A stretch of 55,318 bases of DNA from Rhizaria sp. SCN 62-66 (lineage: Eukaryota): assembly GCA_001724265.1 (NCBI GenBank), contig MEDY01000185.1, forward strand, positions 1-55,318, in the 5' to 3' direction. Shown here piece after piece: positions 22,401 through 33,149 of the stretch (position 1 is the first letter of the stretch; each line of letters opens with the position of its first letter). Both the position numbers and the translations under genes were made by a program. Under the pieces are notes generated by a model that was not told where the DNA came from, made no database searches, and saw only the letters and a list, made by a program, of their open reading frames with translations.

Positions 22401-25400
22401 CATTTGGCGTCACTGCTGCAGCTTTGTTGCCATTGCTTAAGAACACATGCGCGTTTGCCACGCTCACGCGTGCGCGTGACTCTGGACAGCAGCAGGTGAC
22501 TGAGAGTGACTGGGCGTGGGTGCTTCCTGCATGCCATCTGCTTTCAACACTGTATTTACGCATTGCTATGCAAACACGCCGCGCTCGCACCGCGCCACCG
22601 ACTGTTCCCACTGCTCTGCTTCTCCGCAGCTGTCACTTTGCTGCTGCGGCCACTGCGATCGCAGGTTCTTCTTCCGCGGTTCCCGGTGTCGTTATTGCAG
22701 TGCACAAGACCGCTGCTGATGCGCTTATTGCTGCAGCTGACGCACCGGCGAGCGCTGATCCTTCACTCTTTGCTCGCGCGTTTAGCGTAACCAGCCACAA
22801 CGCAATTGTGGATGCAAGTCAAGCAGTGAGGCGTCTTAGCTTGCTGAAGCTTGCCGACAGTCAACTCGCACACGCGCTGGTTTTTGCACCGCATTTGGGT
22901 TCGCTGTGGGCTGATCGTGCTTTGTGCTTGCGTGCAGCTGCATGGGAGAGCGGTCCGCTGAATCCCGTCGAGTCTACAGCTTTACAGCGCCGCGCTCTTC
23001 GTTGCGCTAAGGCCGCGGTCAATCTCACACCGCGCGATCCTTCGCTGTGGCGTCTGCTTGGTCTCTGCGCGCCCACGCGCGTACTGCACCAGCACTGCGT
23101 GATCGAGGCGATTAAGCGTGCGGCGAGCAACGCCAAGAGTGATAAGTTCGGCTTCTCGGCTTCTGAGATCGCGCGCGGTGAAGGTTACGCGCACTTGGCT
23201 GTGGTCGCACTTGATGCGGCAGCCGCGGCTGCTCGTTCGCTCCGTAGTAACAGCAACGACAACGGTCTTAATACTGGCATTGAGTGTGTTGGTGTGAATC
23301 TTAACGTCGCACGCAAAGCAGTTTCTATCGCACGTACGTTGATCCCCTCAAGTCCGCTGGTTTGGCTGGCAATCGCTGCTTGGCAAGCGGCCACCGCAGC
23401 TCATACTGCGTTCCTGGCTACGTCTGGTTCCTCGTCAGCGACACTCAAGACTATCGCTGCGCTTAGCGCAGGTGGAGCTAAGGGTGATCTGAGCGACCTC
23501 ACCACGAATGCTGTGTTGACGCACGCCGCCGACCTCATTGCGGACCCTGTTCTGGCAGCTGAGACTGCGAACCCGCTCGCGTCAGCGATCCGCACAGCGC
23601 TGGCCTCGACTGCGGCTTCTGGTGGCGCGGGTGCGCGCGCTGCTGTGGAAACTGCGACGTTTGCGGCTGCTGCGGCTGAACATGAGCTGGCTGCGGCCGG
23701 CTTCCCGTCGGCTGAAGACGTGCTTTCTCTCGCGTCTGCGGGCACGTTCACTGACGTCAATGCTTTCCTTGCCTCGCTTCTTCCGACTTCCGGTGTGACG
23801 GACTCTGCTGCCGTGAGCGCTGCTGCGTTGTACATGACTGTCGGTGCGACTGCCGAGCTTAAGAGCCGTATTTCGGTCGCGTCTGCTGCTTTTGCGATGG
23901 CACACATGTTATTGTCGCTCACAGTCACTTCCTTGGATGCGACCCTCGGTGATCAGCCGCTCCCCAACGGCTCTGCTGCTGTCATCATCACTGCCGCGAC
24001 TGGCAACGGCGCTGAGGCTGCAACGCAGTCCTTGACTGTCCGCACGCTTGCGGCACGCGCCAGTCTTGCCCGCGCTTTTGTATCCTCTGGCGACAGTGTG
24101 AGTGCCACCACGCTCTACGCAACGCTTCTGGACCCGTACGCCGCATCAAACGCAGCTGCCACAGCGGCCGCCTCGCTCTCCGCTGCTGCGTCCCCTGTGC
24201 CGGTGAGTGTTGTGTTCACCACGGCCGTACTTACGTCTGCGCCCGCGGTGCTTTCCCCTCGACTGCTGGCGTTGGCTGAGAATGCCCCGTGGCTGTGGGG
24301 CGCTGCAGCTGCCGCGTTTCGTGCTTCTAGCAACGTAGATCTTGCTCACACTGCCGTTGCGCGTCAGCTCGCGCAACTGCAGACTCACGCCGCGTCCGCG
24401 CACGCCGCAGTGCAGCGCGCGTTGCTAACGGCTGCAAAGTACGACGCAACGAACGTATCCGCAACAAATAGCGCTGCTGCAACATTGCATGCGGCTATTG
24501 ACGCGCGCAGTGAAGTGCTCGCTGCGGTTGCCGAGGCGAACGCATTGCGCGCGTCACTGTACCTCGAGCAAGGTGAGCTTGAGAATGCTCACACTGCCGC
24601 ATCTGCCGCTTCCACGGCACCGCTGCTGCCTCACTTGCCCACGGTGCCTGAGCTTAGCGCACTGGTTTCGATCGCCAATGCGTCCCCGGACACCTTTAAC
24701 GAACGCTTGACTGCGAGCCAGCAGGCTGCCGTCACTGCCGCGGCCGCAGATCTGGCCGCACTTGACGTCCGTCCCCCCGCAGTCGTGCTCCAGGCGGTGT
24801 TCATTCAAACCGTCTGCCTGTTGCGCGCGGCGCATGCTCAGGCTGCGCAGAGCGATGCACAGGCTCAGGGCGCGGCTGCACTGGCGCGGCTGCGTCGGCT
24901 CGAGTCTGCGCTGCACAGTCGTGAATGCACGTTTAATGTCGAGGCGATCAAAGCCGTGCTTGACGGTACTACTAACAGCTCTAGCTTAGGCGCTGCTGAT
25001 AGAACTGCCAAGGTGGGCCGTCCGATGCTGACACTGCCGTTGTTCTGCGCCCCAGGGGATGACAAGCCTGAGGCAGACGCCGCGTTTCAAACGGCACCTG
25101 TCGCAGCCCTGACTATCGTGCCGACAGTCACCGCAGTCACTGCGGCGGCCACTAGCGATGCGCTCGCCGTGCTCGCAACGCAGATCGCGGTTCTGGAGGC
25201 CTCGTTCACCGCATCTCTTGCTCAGCAGCACGATGGCACCGGTGCATCTGTGACAGCGTCTGCTCGTGCACTGCGCCGTGCTGCCGCGAAGGCTCTGCTG
25301 CTGCGCCCCGAAGTTACACCGCTTCGCCGTTTGCTGTATGCCACTGCAGCGGCAAGCAGCGCGCGCTCCAATGTGGCTTTGCTCGCACAGCTCGACGACG

Positions 25401-28400
25401 ATTTCGCATGCCCCACGGACGCCAGCAGTGTGTACGATAACACGTTCGGTACGAACAGCATGAGTGCAGCACTCACGGCGCGTGCCGCGGAGGCTGCGTC
25501 GGCGGCCGCTGAGTCAGCGTTTGCTGTTGCGCTGATCACTTTGTACCCGACCCCGCGTCAACAGGGCCGTTGGGCACACCCCACGGCTCCCGGCCGGCGG
25601 CTCAACTTGCTGCAGCGCGTCACGGCTGTCGCGCCCACGCCAACTGCGGCGTGTTTTGTGGCTGATCTCTCTGGCAATGCTGCGACCACAGTCACTGACG
25701 GTGTTGCTGGCAGCCGCTGGGGCTGGCTGAGTGCCGCCGACTCTGCGCTCTGCACCGCCTATATCGACGGCGTTAATACAACCACGCAGAGCAACAAGTC
25801 ATCGTCACTTGTTTCTGCTGCCTCGGCATCCAGCCATGCACTTGCACGTGCACTGCTGTCGCTCGGTTACATTGCGCCTGGCCCGCGCGCGCCTGCGCTG
25901 CTGCCTGCGCTGATGCCTCTGACTCAGGCCTCGTCGTCATCAGCGGAGGCGGCCGATATGCCCGGTCGCAAAACTGTGTTCCCGCCGATCACCGTTGTTG
26001 AGCATGTCCACCGCTCCATCAAAATGCGTGTCCGGTTTTCTGCCAAGGGTAGCACGAGCGCGAGCAACGCAAATGCTAATGTCCCTGTTGACACGGTATT
26101 GCTGCTTGAGGAAGCGACTGCAGACGCACTCCTCTCTGATTTGTACTCAATGTCCGAGAATCCCACGGTTCCCGGCTCTCGCGCCAGCGCACTCACGCAC
26201 GCCACCGCGACCGCGGCCTCCGGCGGCGGCGTCGACCCGAGTGCCCGCGGTGCGCTGCGCGCCAGTGCGCGGGCGCTGTTGCTAGACCCCACTGACCCGG
26301 CGCGCTGGGAGACGTTGAGTCACGCTGCCTACCGCAATGCGCTGTTCGCGACAGCTGCAGTCTCGGCCGCAGCTACAGGTGCATCGAGCGCCGGTACAAA
26401 GGATAGGGCTGTGGAAGAGAATGATGCAGAAGATGGTGGCAAGAAGAGTGGCCGGACTGCAGCTTCTCCCAAACTGCCTGGCAGCACTGCGACGATGCAT
26501 ATGTCGCTTTCTCGCGCACGGCTCAACTTAGATGAGGCGCATAAGATCAATTCGATGCCATTGCTTGCACCGGTTGACGAGTTCACTGAGGAGGAGCACA
26601 GCGACGAAGCTAAGTCATCTTCTTCCGTTGCCGATTTACTCTCGAACGCACCGCTTTGTTCGAGCAACAGTAGCAAGAACGGCGCTGCCGTGTCCGAGAG
26701 TAGCCTGAAAGAGGCTGCTGATGCCGCAGTACAAGCCGCAACATCTGCCTCGTTTTCCGCAATCGCCACCGTTGGCCCCGTGGTCGGCTCTCTCGGCGCG
26801 CTGTCACGCACTGTCCGCACTCTCGCTGCGCTAAACAACACTGCGTGTGCCAGCGCTAACAGCTCTCTGTGCAACGGCACGTCGCTTCGAGGCAAGTACA
26901 CGGCGAGCCCAGGTGCGCTGGTTGCATTCCTCTCTGCTTCAGCGCACGCTGCCTCCGCCGCTAGTCGCTTGCAGCGCGCGGGCGCTAGCGCCGGCGGCAG
27001 CGTCAGTGGCGCCGCTGCTGCTGTCGCCGCTGTGGCCGCGGCGCTTGCGCTCGCGCTTGCCCAGAGCGGCACGTGCGATGCTGCGACTGCCGCTGCCGGC
27101 GTCGCCCTTATCTGCACCAACAGCAACCGCAACAGTGGCAGCGCGGGTGATGTGGCAGATCATGCTGCACCGGTCGTCGCGGCGGCGGTGAGTAGCGCCG
27201 TTGCGATTAAGGCCGCAACCATTGTTCGCGCGAGCGCGGGCGATAAGCTCGGCTCCGCGCTCGCTCGTCTCAGGGGTTGTCGTATCTGCGTGTCGGCGTT
27301 CAATCCCAGTCAGCTCGCCACTTACTATAGCTGCGATGACACCACTACACCGAGCAACGCAATGAGTAGCAACAGTAACGCAAGCAACGAAGTCTCTGAC
27401 CCGCTCGTGTTGCTACTGCGCTTAGCCGTTGCGCTGTTGTTGAACGGAGATCACACAAACGCACGCCGCATTGCTGAGCTGGCCTCCGAGTCCCAACAAC
27501 AACAACACGCTGCAATGCGCGACTGGACCGATAAGATCGTCTCTGTCGGCGTGCCGTCAGTCACCACTCTGTGCACGGCTGCACAAAGCACGATTGAGGC
27601 GTCGTCTCCGGAGATTGCGAACATCGCAGTCTCCGCGGTTGAAGTTAAGCCGCCTGTCGTGTGGACTCGTGGCGCGTGCGTTCTGACTCAGCAACTGCTT
27701 GCGTGGTGCGAGATTATGCGTAGCGCGTGCTCGCAGACGCTTTCTGCAGAGCCCACGGTCCCCAAGCTCTCTAACGAGTCCTTCGCTGTCGTCATGCGTT
27801 ATATGCGTTGCGCTGCGGAGACTGCAAGTGCCATCCCGATCACCCTTTTCGAGCGTGCTCAGCAGCAACAGCAACAGGGTGGTGATATTGCACTGTCGAC
27901 GCTTACACGGCGCTGCCCCAGTGCCGCCGCTTTGGCGCTGCACGTGTGGCAAGACATCGTCGTTCTTGCTGAGCAGCAAAGTCAGTCCACCGTGCTATCC
28001 GCAGCAGCTGTAACTGGCGACCTTGACATCGACGGTGCTGCAGTGCCCGCGCTTGTGTCTGCTGCCCTTGCTGGCGCGCTGACTTTTGCGTACGCAATTG
28101 CGCCGGCACAACGCACTTTGTCGCGGTCTGCCGCGGCGGCCGAGGCGCAATCAACTGGCGCCGCGGCCTCCGGCTACGAAAGCGACTGTGAGCTGCCGGA
28201 GTACGCCGCGATGACTTCTGCGACTGACGCTGAGCTCAGCGCGGTGGAAAATGCCGCGTTCACCTGCAGCCCGCTGTCGCCGCTCTGGCACAGGCTCTCG
28301 CTCGCGCATTTCAGCGGCAACGGAGAGGACGGCGATGCGAGCTCCCACTCTAACGCGGTGTCCGTTGCCGTGGCAACGTTGCACGCGCGTGCTGGTGCGG

Positions 28401-29248
28401 CGTGCATTCGCGCTGCGCAGCGCCGTCCGCACGCGCTTTCGCGGCTCGATTTATGCGTGTCTGCGGCTCATAGTCACGCCGCGGCGGCGCTGCGTCTGCT
28501 GGCTGCGTCCCGCGCCGGCGCTGGTGCCGCGGCAGTCGCGTCGTTGTGCCATTTGATGCTGGCTGCGACCACGGGCGCCATCGCGAATACCGACAAGAAC
28601 GCTGACAAGGGTATCTCGACGATGACTGCGACTAAGCTTAAGGCGAGAACGCAGGCGCGCGTTCTCTGCCACTTGCGCGCAGCCCAACATTTAGATACGA
28701 CGGACAACTCTAACGCACAGACACAATGCACCGCGCCCACATCGCTGACTTCCGGGCCGTTGTCGCTCGGCCGCGCCGGCTCCGTCACGCTCGTGCAGTC
28801 CGCGGCGTACTGGGAAGGCACGGCGCTCACCACGGGCAGCGAGGCCGAGACGGGCGCGGTTGATCTGTTGCTCCCGATGGCCGTTGCGGCTGCCGGTGAC
28901 ACTGCTGGAGACCCGGCGGCGCTGGTCCAGGCTCAGGGCGCCATTGCCAAGGCCACGGGTGCCGTTGTCTCGCGCGTTAGGACTGCGGGGGCGGCGGTGC
29001 TGGCGGGCGTGCAGCCTGTGGACGCGGTGCGTGTCGCGCAGCAGACCGGCGCCAATGTCGAAGCGGCTCTGACCACGGCGGGAGGCTGGCCCGACAAGGA
29101 AGTGGACAAGGTTGTCGCGGCGGTGTCGCTCGTTACGAAAGCTGGACTGCTGGATGAGGCCAGGGCCGACAAGCTTGAGCAGAGGATTGCCACAGTGAAG
29201 AAGGACACTGATATGGCGAGGCAAAACTGGCTCAAGCCTTCGAAGTGA
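16451..29248 (+). CDS. SKI3: Giant (4265 aa) Ala-rich TPR protein, likely Ski3/TTC37 (SKI complex)-like
   Basis: A single uninterrupted 12.8-kb ORF. The segments AVNLTPRDPSLWRLLGLCAPTRVLHQHCVIEAIK and ARKAVSIARTLIPSSPLVWLAIA resemble the conserved Ski3/TTC37 block (A..L.P.....W..LG......LAQHCFI.S; A..A...A..LDP.....W). Ends in TGA. The coding call is firm, but the family assignment is moderate. Confidence 0.6.
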   Translation: MSTSTATATAVVVTPGCATALNTCLNEVRAHLFQSRWEQAVEAARKGWAIHSETVLAALQARSSSSSKSDKKDKKDKKADKDGKRDKKDKTDKKSDKKDKKSDKKDKKSDKKDKKDKKADHSDSDDDDSDDDGDDNSSTPQPASTAQITIPTATLDAIAVTALASTPVATPLLSLLLTAKPSKAATADCADAAAVALHALCLLACDAALSGSLPALVSLHWAHCARLIYPASAPAAVAFARGLAQANSSGANRNASGAAAEPTIEVASIAYRTGPAAAVEYLHQVLTSAAAAINAVNAGIVADNKSTAGTAGAIVKPLKEIAAEAVSLIHGVQGELLCQVSSPITVELGQKSYDMAGDHQVSGAAAEAAVAYTLALAPTVTALAVSSGAHCGADNDWNENRKAIAGALGYINCLHESLSSSSSDSSSEERIAKVAAAAGIENLDGFKSRCIFSTSKYLHTREIPGVSNQAEFARARGVAWSGVSTIEALSQTLASASALATLLEATATKIKTTTTPTVTKEAVTAALAAITAAQSPSAATSTAPSTASKTSSSRVVGKGIIATDPSVATPAATEATATALALAAAESARWLAAEAPVTVMAASTLTSMTSPSTNATVAHWPLQQTISATSLPLSTPGLRASPEALSATLPPLAWLYALCALLRARASLLLAVTAPVRGDCEQSPWARDAAAAEAAAAAAAAGLGSALGASGSASSSAAPVRPPIAQRPAIAPRPPLSNSNATTSTSTDAARPIGFRRTVAAEIAAGLDAATAAATAAAAPAPVAAVVTVAEADSDAVWTKPARLNFKAPWSARGVTESERLAVLRRALPADSDCGDHVKAAADTAAPSLRWVTDVSILRDAQWQCKYLSTAVAVARAHATASASASGNAVGSKVPAFVRSAATEAAWRVLTPYNGANPYTAVASTARATIARTEAEADAVAASLVLCAEPATVSIPTGPVPPASAFPDSNTGRLNFLAEQARLLLKANAARVMPVAYQAARLLASFAAFPCAEDMTDEKVLALALTPLNAHINHDDSDENSAQPSSLASYLRTARCVATRLSNLAPGHWLAKCLVPSVTAPVLASLTLTGSTSVAPTLPGSVTLPAALHAVASTLCTELQTAIAPSTGALLPNFVIPFAGDDVFAPLRHARTALALAAAAALSANASSGDTAVVDVISLNGGYGNVSRTAIIAAAASATGAAEGYAGVASSALESKIALTRAVVAAYGNVTTSAKANAAARVVQVLDCALRVFTATKGNTNDSVVAALDDSVGAKMSAVSDALSKLLCVSRNAGGGDSHQHVPVLLLALLLGVCNSPVVTAACPAVAVAVRVTCLKLDTTGALTELALTEAVTANVATVTPDQQLLGTSIFQTAVAASTSVTDYAAKLPAWARPHFEQSSVAAEVAQFVTHAAGTPEGGLYYISAQHVSVLSYIISAGEVSAEAMSSSVLALSPAATLALLWHSVTALSQSRRSQSPGAAAAGDDSTSAVTVGAEMARWALLWGFGLASQERRIDMTSALAAPDLSNNAHSHLSTAIASGAADLITLINGNAHVNSTVTETRSVIWPPMMSLLQGVLTRSPTHAGALTGLGHLLVFNAATTAISKNSEANAGSFTSDDVESSSLEHTHAVMALLRRARLVYCAAYTAGVRSSSSAAAASRAATATVKSSSDADAAGAALVRLTFEYAASVKNFPTDKAQMAEVCTVFPTTFLSSKAAITGIVPTGVSPRGEASAEESRYNAFALIDAICQPPHTPVLTASHSAWVWTARAQAMALQAQHAQTPKLLLVAARLTAAAAERAAAVLSSTTDTASEGTDADAAAVSVRAAAANAAATAAAAASVGARLTDAYAEAGQVLASMNAAVIACRHAAPLLATVNGSETGLSSFSSTGATSVPVGLTPLVAGGELVVAPCTNQSNFCATRLNFAAWGLWVYSTASAQARTGSLTDRLDAVWNLHCLLSTALQHATANDDSTAAAELPATGAAFGVTAAALLPLLKNTCAFATLTRARDSGQQQVTESDWAWVLPACHLLSTLYLRIAMQTRRARTAPPTVPTALLLRSCHFAAAATAIAGSSSAVPGVVIAVHKTAADALIAAADAPASADPSLFARAFSVTSHNAIVDASQAVRRLSLLKLADSQLAHALVFAPHLGSLWADRALCLRAAAWESGPLNPVESTALQRRALRCAKAAVNLTPRDPSLWRLLGLCAPTRVLHQHCVIEAIKRAASNAKSDKFGFSASEIARGEGYAHLAVVALDAAAAAARSLRSNSNDNGLNTGIECVGVNLNVARKAVSIARTLIPSSPLVWLAIAAWQAATAAHTAFLATSGSSSATLKTIAALSAGGAKGDLSDLTTNAVLTHAADLIADPVLAAETANPLASAIRTALASTAASGGAGARAAVETATFAAAAAEHELAAAGFPSAEDVLSLASAGTFTDVNAFLASLLPTSGVTDSAAVSAAALYMTVGATAELKSRISVASAAFAMAHMLLSLTVTSLDATLGDQPLPNGSAAVIITAATGNGAEAATQSLTVRTLAARASLARAFVSSGDSVSATTLYATLLDPYAASNAAATAAASLSAAASPVPVSVVFTTAVLTSAPAVLSPRLLALAENAPWLWGAAAAAFRASSNVDLAHTAVARQLAQLQTHAASAHAAVQRALLTAAKYDATNVSATNSAAATLHAAIDARSEVLAAVAEANALRASLYLEQGELENAHTAASAASTAPLLPHLPTVPELSALVSIANASPDTFNERLTASQQAAVTAAAADLAALDVRPPAVVLQAVFIQTVCLLRAAHAQAAQSDAQAQGAAALARLRRLESALHSRECTFNVEAIKAVLDGTTNSSSLGAADRTAKVGRPMLTLPLFCAPGDDKPEADAAFQTAPVAALTIVPTVTAVTAAATSDALAVLATQIAVLEASFTASLAQQHDGTGASVTASARALRRAAAKALLLRPEVTPLRRLLYATAAASSARSNVALLAQLDDDFACPTDASSVYDNTFGTNSMSAALTARAAEAASAAAESAFAVALITLYPTPRQQGRWAHPTAPGRRLNLLQRVTAVAPTPTAACFVADLSGNAATTVTDGVAGSRWGWLSAADSALCTAYIDGVNTTTQSNKSSSLVSAASASSHALARALLSLGYIAPGPRAPALLPALMPLTQASSSSAEAADMPGRKTVFPPITVVEHVHRSIKMRVRFSAKGSTSASNANANVPVDTVLLLEEATADALLSDLYSMSENPTVPGSRASALTHATATAASGGGVDPSARGALRASARALLLDPTDPARWETLSHAAYRNALFATAAVSAAATGASSAGTKDRAVEENDAEDGGKKSGRTAASPKLPGSTATMHMSLSRARLNLDEAHKINSMPLLAPVDEFTEEEHSDEAKSSSSVADLLSNAPLCSSNSSKNGAAVSESSLKEAADAAVQAATSASFSAIATVGPVVGSLGALSRTVRTLAALNNTACASANSSLCNGTSLRGKYTASPGALVAFLSASAHAASAASRLQRAGASAGGSVSGAAAAVAAVAAALALALAQSGTCDAATAAAGVALICTNSNRNSGSAGDVADHAAPVVAAAVSSAVAIKAATIVRASAGDKLGSALARLRGCRICVSAFNPSQLATYYSCDDTTTPSNAMSSNSNASNEVSDPLVLLLRLAVALLLNGDHTNARRIAELASESQQQQHAAMRDWTDKIVSVGVPSVTTLCTAAQSTIEASSPEIANIAVSAVEVKPPVVWTRGACVLTQQLLAWCEIMRSACSQTLSAEPTVPKLSNESFAVVMRYMRCAAETASAIPITLFERAQQQQQQGGDIALSTLTRRCPSAAALALHVWQDIVVLAEQQSQSTVLSAAAVTGDLDIDGAAVPALVSAALAGALTFAYAIAPAQRTLSRSAAAAEAQSTGAAASGYESDCELPEYAAMTSATDAELSAVENAAFTCSPLSPLWHRLSLAHFSGNGEDGDASSHSNAVSVAVATLHARAGAACIRAAQRRPHALSRLDLCVSAAHSHAAAALRLLAASRAGAGAAAVASLCHLMLAATTGAIANTDKNADKGISTMTATKLKARTQARVLCHLRAAQHLDTTDNSNAQTQCTAPTSLTSGPLSLGRAGSVTLVQSAAYWEGTALTTGSEAETGAVDLLLPMAVAAAGDTAGDPAALVQAQGAIAKATGAVVSRVRTAGAAVLAGVQPVDAVRVAQQTGANVEAALTTAGGWPDKEVDKVVAAVSLVTKAGLLDEARADKLEQRIATVKKDTDMARQNWLKPSK
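16652..16810 (+). repeat. Lys/Asp (KKDK/KSDK) coding tandem repeat near the N-terminus of the Ski3-like protein
   Basis: Translates as KSDKKDKKDKKADKDGKRDKKDKTDKKSDKKDKKSDKKDKKSDKKDKKDKKAD, followed by a poly-Asp run. Confidence 0.9.
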
Positions 29249-29521
29249 CGTTCCCACCACAAACGCTTTCTTAGGCGCATGTCTGGAAACCAGTCAAGTG
29301 GCGAGCCATTTTATGAGTGTCCGCAACGCCTATTATCGTCGTTAAATGTATTTCAGTAGCCGTTTTCTAATCCAATATATATGCTTATACATAAATATGA
29401 ATTTCATTTTCTTCCAATCCTCCTGTAATAATGCTAAATTGCCAACGTCCCTCTTCTGGTCTTGCTTCCCCTTTTCTCGTTTGTGGCACGCTTCAGTTTA
29501 TGCATTTAGCCCGTTCAAACG

Positions 29522-32500
29522 ATGTCTTCACAGTTCAACATAACACCTTCCGTGGGTGACTCGGCATTTTCAACCTATATCAAGACGACTCTGGCCGCGG
29601 CGACAACGCGCTTCACCGCAGCCATCGCTGCATGCTCTTCAACAACAGCAGCTTCAGGAACAGCTGCAGTGCCCGTCCCATTCTACCCTCCTGAGTGCTA
29701 CACCGGCAACTGCGAGTACAAGTGGCAACTTGTCTCCGTCTCCCCGAACAAGATCATTTCTCTCTCAACGCAAATGAGGTATCGGTTGGCCGAGGGCAAC
29801 GGTGTGGCGACATACCGCCTCGGCGTGATGGACTCCGGCGAGCCTGTCGGCTGCACTGACTCAGCCCTGCTCTCGTCACTCCTCGCGCTCCAGTGTTGCG
29901 CGCTCGTGCTCAACGCGCGCAAGGTCGGAATCATGTGCGATATTACGCCGCTGCTGCTGCCGAGCGCGAGCTTCTCCAGCAGCACAGGCCCGCGCCCCGC
30001 CGACGACTCCACGTCGCCGTACAACACTACAGCCGCCGCGGTCGCTGTGAACAACGCCGCCGTGGCCGCCAAGCTCGCCACCGAGGCGCTGGTTGACCTG
30101 GCGACCGTGACCGTGCTGCCCGCGCTCAATGGCCACAAGCTCGCCGAGATCTCTCTCCTCGTGCGCCGGGCACCGCTGCCACAGCCGTTCGCGCTCGCCC
30201 CCACAGTCGCCCTCGCGGGCCCCTCTGGCAGCGGCAAGTCGACGCTGCTGAGTCTGCTGGCTAACCGCGCGGGCTCGGAGGGCGACGACGGGTGCGGCCG
30301 CGCGCGCGCTGCGGTCGCGAGGCACGCGCACGAGCTCTGGACAGGGCGTTCATCCAGTGTTGGCATCGTGAGTGTACCGATAACATCGCTGCTTACGGTC
30401 TCTGGCGATGATAACACTGGCAACGCTATAAATGCTAATTGCTCAGTCACGGACCCGGATATAGGTTGTGGTGTCTGTGAGCGCAACGCTGGCTACCGCT
30501 AGACCTCGGTGACTTCTGCTTTTGAGACTGCAGCAACGACTCATGGGAACACTGCAACAGAGACTGCGCCGGTGACCGTGGGCGCCGCGGGTACCGGTGG
30601 TTCCGCTGCCGCTGCATGTGTGACGCTGATTGACTTAGCGGGACACGTGGGTTACCAGCGCACGACACTGGGCGGACTCATGGGTGCTGTGCCCGACGCT
30701 GTTGTCGTTGTGCTCGCTGCGAATGCGTGCGACAACCACAACAACACCGTCAATCATAGCAACAACAACAACATGAGCAACAGCAACAGTAACCGCATGA
30801 ACAGCGGAAACAGTACGACTGCGACCGCGGCTGCTCCTGTCGCGGCATCGTGTGTGGTTGGCTGCGAATCAGGTTCAGTGTCGAATACACTTGTCCCGAT
30901 GCTCGTGCCCGGCATGCTGTCACGCACGCAGTCGATGCGCACACGGCCGCACGGCCATGACTTCGCCTTCATCACTGCAGCCCACAAGAACAGCGCGAAC
31001 GCAGACGCTGAGACTGATGCTGCGGTGGTGTCGACTGCGGCGGCGACTGTGTGCCCGGTGTATCAGGCCGCACTGCAGCTGCGCCTGTGTGCTGCTCTCG
31101 GCGTCCCTGCCATTGTTGCACTGACGCATGCTGACTGCGCAGCGAGCGAGGAGGGCGCGTGCACTGGTGAAGATGCAAATTGCACACGTGCTGGCATAGT
31201 GGACCCGGAGGACGACTCTAAGGACGGCGCGGTTAAGTGTGAAGAGGGTCCCAGTGCTATATTAGCGAACGCGGGTGGCTTCGCATTGAACGCACCTCTT
31301 CTTACTAAGTACCCCGTGGTCGAGGTACTTAGTCGGACTCTTGCCGCGCTCGACTCAGCTCTTGAGACTGCAACAGAGTCTCGCGACGCCAGAGACAAGT
31401 CTAAGGGTGCACTTACACGTCGCTCCGTTGTCCTTAGCCGCGACACTCGCGTATTCCCTGTGTCCGCAGTCACAGGCTCCGGTCTCTCAGCACTCGCGCG
31501 TGCGATCGCCACCGCGCCTCTGCTGCCCTGGCGCCGTAACACGTCCGCTGCGCTCACTGCAGCGACTGACTGCGAATCAATTTCACACGCCACTGTGCAG
31601 ACAACGGCCGCGACGGCTGCTGATGACACGTCTGCAACGGCGGCTGTCCAGGTCAACGAGGAGCACGACGGCGAGAGCAATGAGTCGGTCGTCGTGCGTG
31701 TAACTGGCCGTCGTGCAGTGCGCCGCGCTGGCACGATCCTCTCCGTCCACGTCGTTCGCGGCCGCCTGACCGTGGGCACTGTGCTCTACCTGTCCCCGCC
31801 AACAACTGTGGGTGCATGCTCACGGTCACTCGGCTCACAGTCGGCTGCGGCAAACAGCACGGCGCAGTCGCGGACGCAGTCGAAGCAGCAGTCGCGCGTG
31901 CAGTCGCGCTCTCAGTCGCACTCGTGTCTCCAGTCCCTCTCCTCGGAGTCAGCAGCGACAGAGACCACTGCGAACGTGAGCGTGACTGCGCAGAACACGC
32001 CTGCGTCCGCCCCCTCAGCTGTCATTGGTAGGACTGCAATTACGACAGCATCGGTGGCGGCGGCAGAGCTTTGCGCAGTGACTGTGCGGACTCTGCGCGT
32101 CCACCGCACAGACGTCTCCGCCGCGGTGGCAGGCCAGTCCGCGTCGTTCCGGATCGATCGCCGCGACTGTGAGCGCTGTGACCCGCGTCGCGGCATGGTC
32201 GGGGCCAGTGATCCTGCCGCCGCGCTGTATCTCTGCACAGGCGGCAACGGCAACGAGGAGAACGTCGAGAACGATAACAGCGCGGATGCGGCCAATGTGA
32301 GCGCGAAGAAGAAGGCGCAGCAGTTTGGCTTGCGGTTTGGTGTGACGAAGGCGATCGGTGGTGTTGTTGAGTACATGATTCCTACACAGCTCGCATCGAC
32401 TAACAACAACAGCAACAATAACAACAACGTCAGCAGCATGTGTTCTAGCATGGGTACGCGGTGCGCAAGCCCTGCTGCGGCAGGTAAGCCGCCACGGGTA

Positions 32501-33116
32501 CGCTCGCCTGCCGCGCTCACGAGCACGTACCCCGTCTCCGCCGCAGTCACGCAGATCTCCAGCTCTGGAGTGCCCGGTGAGTGCGCGACGACTGTGGGGG
32601 CCGCAGTGAGTGCGGATGGCACGTGTGTGAACTCGCAGCTCTTCCACTCGGCATGGTCGCGGCTTTGCACGCAGCACAACGACAACAACATCGGCGCTGA
32701 CACTGACAGCAACACTGCTAAGAGCGATTCGAACTCTGCTGCGGTTACAATGCAGCAGATAAAGAAGCCTGCGGCGGTTGCTGTGAGCAGTGGCACGGAG
32801 TTCGTTGTGCACGGCACAGGCATTTCACAGTGCGCCAGCCTCTACACTCTTACACCGAGTCTAAGTACCCCGTTAGACCACGCCGTGTTTGTGCCCGCAC
32901 TGTGCGTGTTCCGCTACCACCATGAATCCATTTCGTGCGGGCAGCGGCTTGTATTACGCCAGGGCCGCAGAGTCGTTGCTTTATTACGTGTGACTCACGT
33001 GTGGCCTGTCCCGCTCACAGTCAGCAGCACCACGCGCACTGCGAACACAGCGGCGGCCACATCACCTGCACAGAAGGCCAAGAAGTCTGCTGCCACAGCA
33101 ACTGCTTATGCGGCCG

Positions 33117-33149
<33 letters not shown>

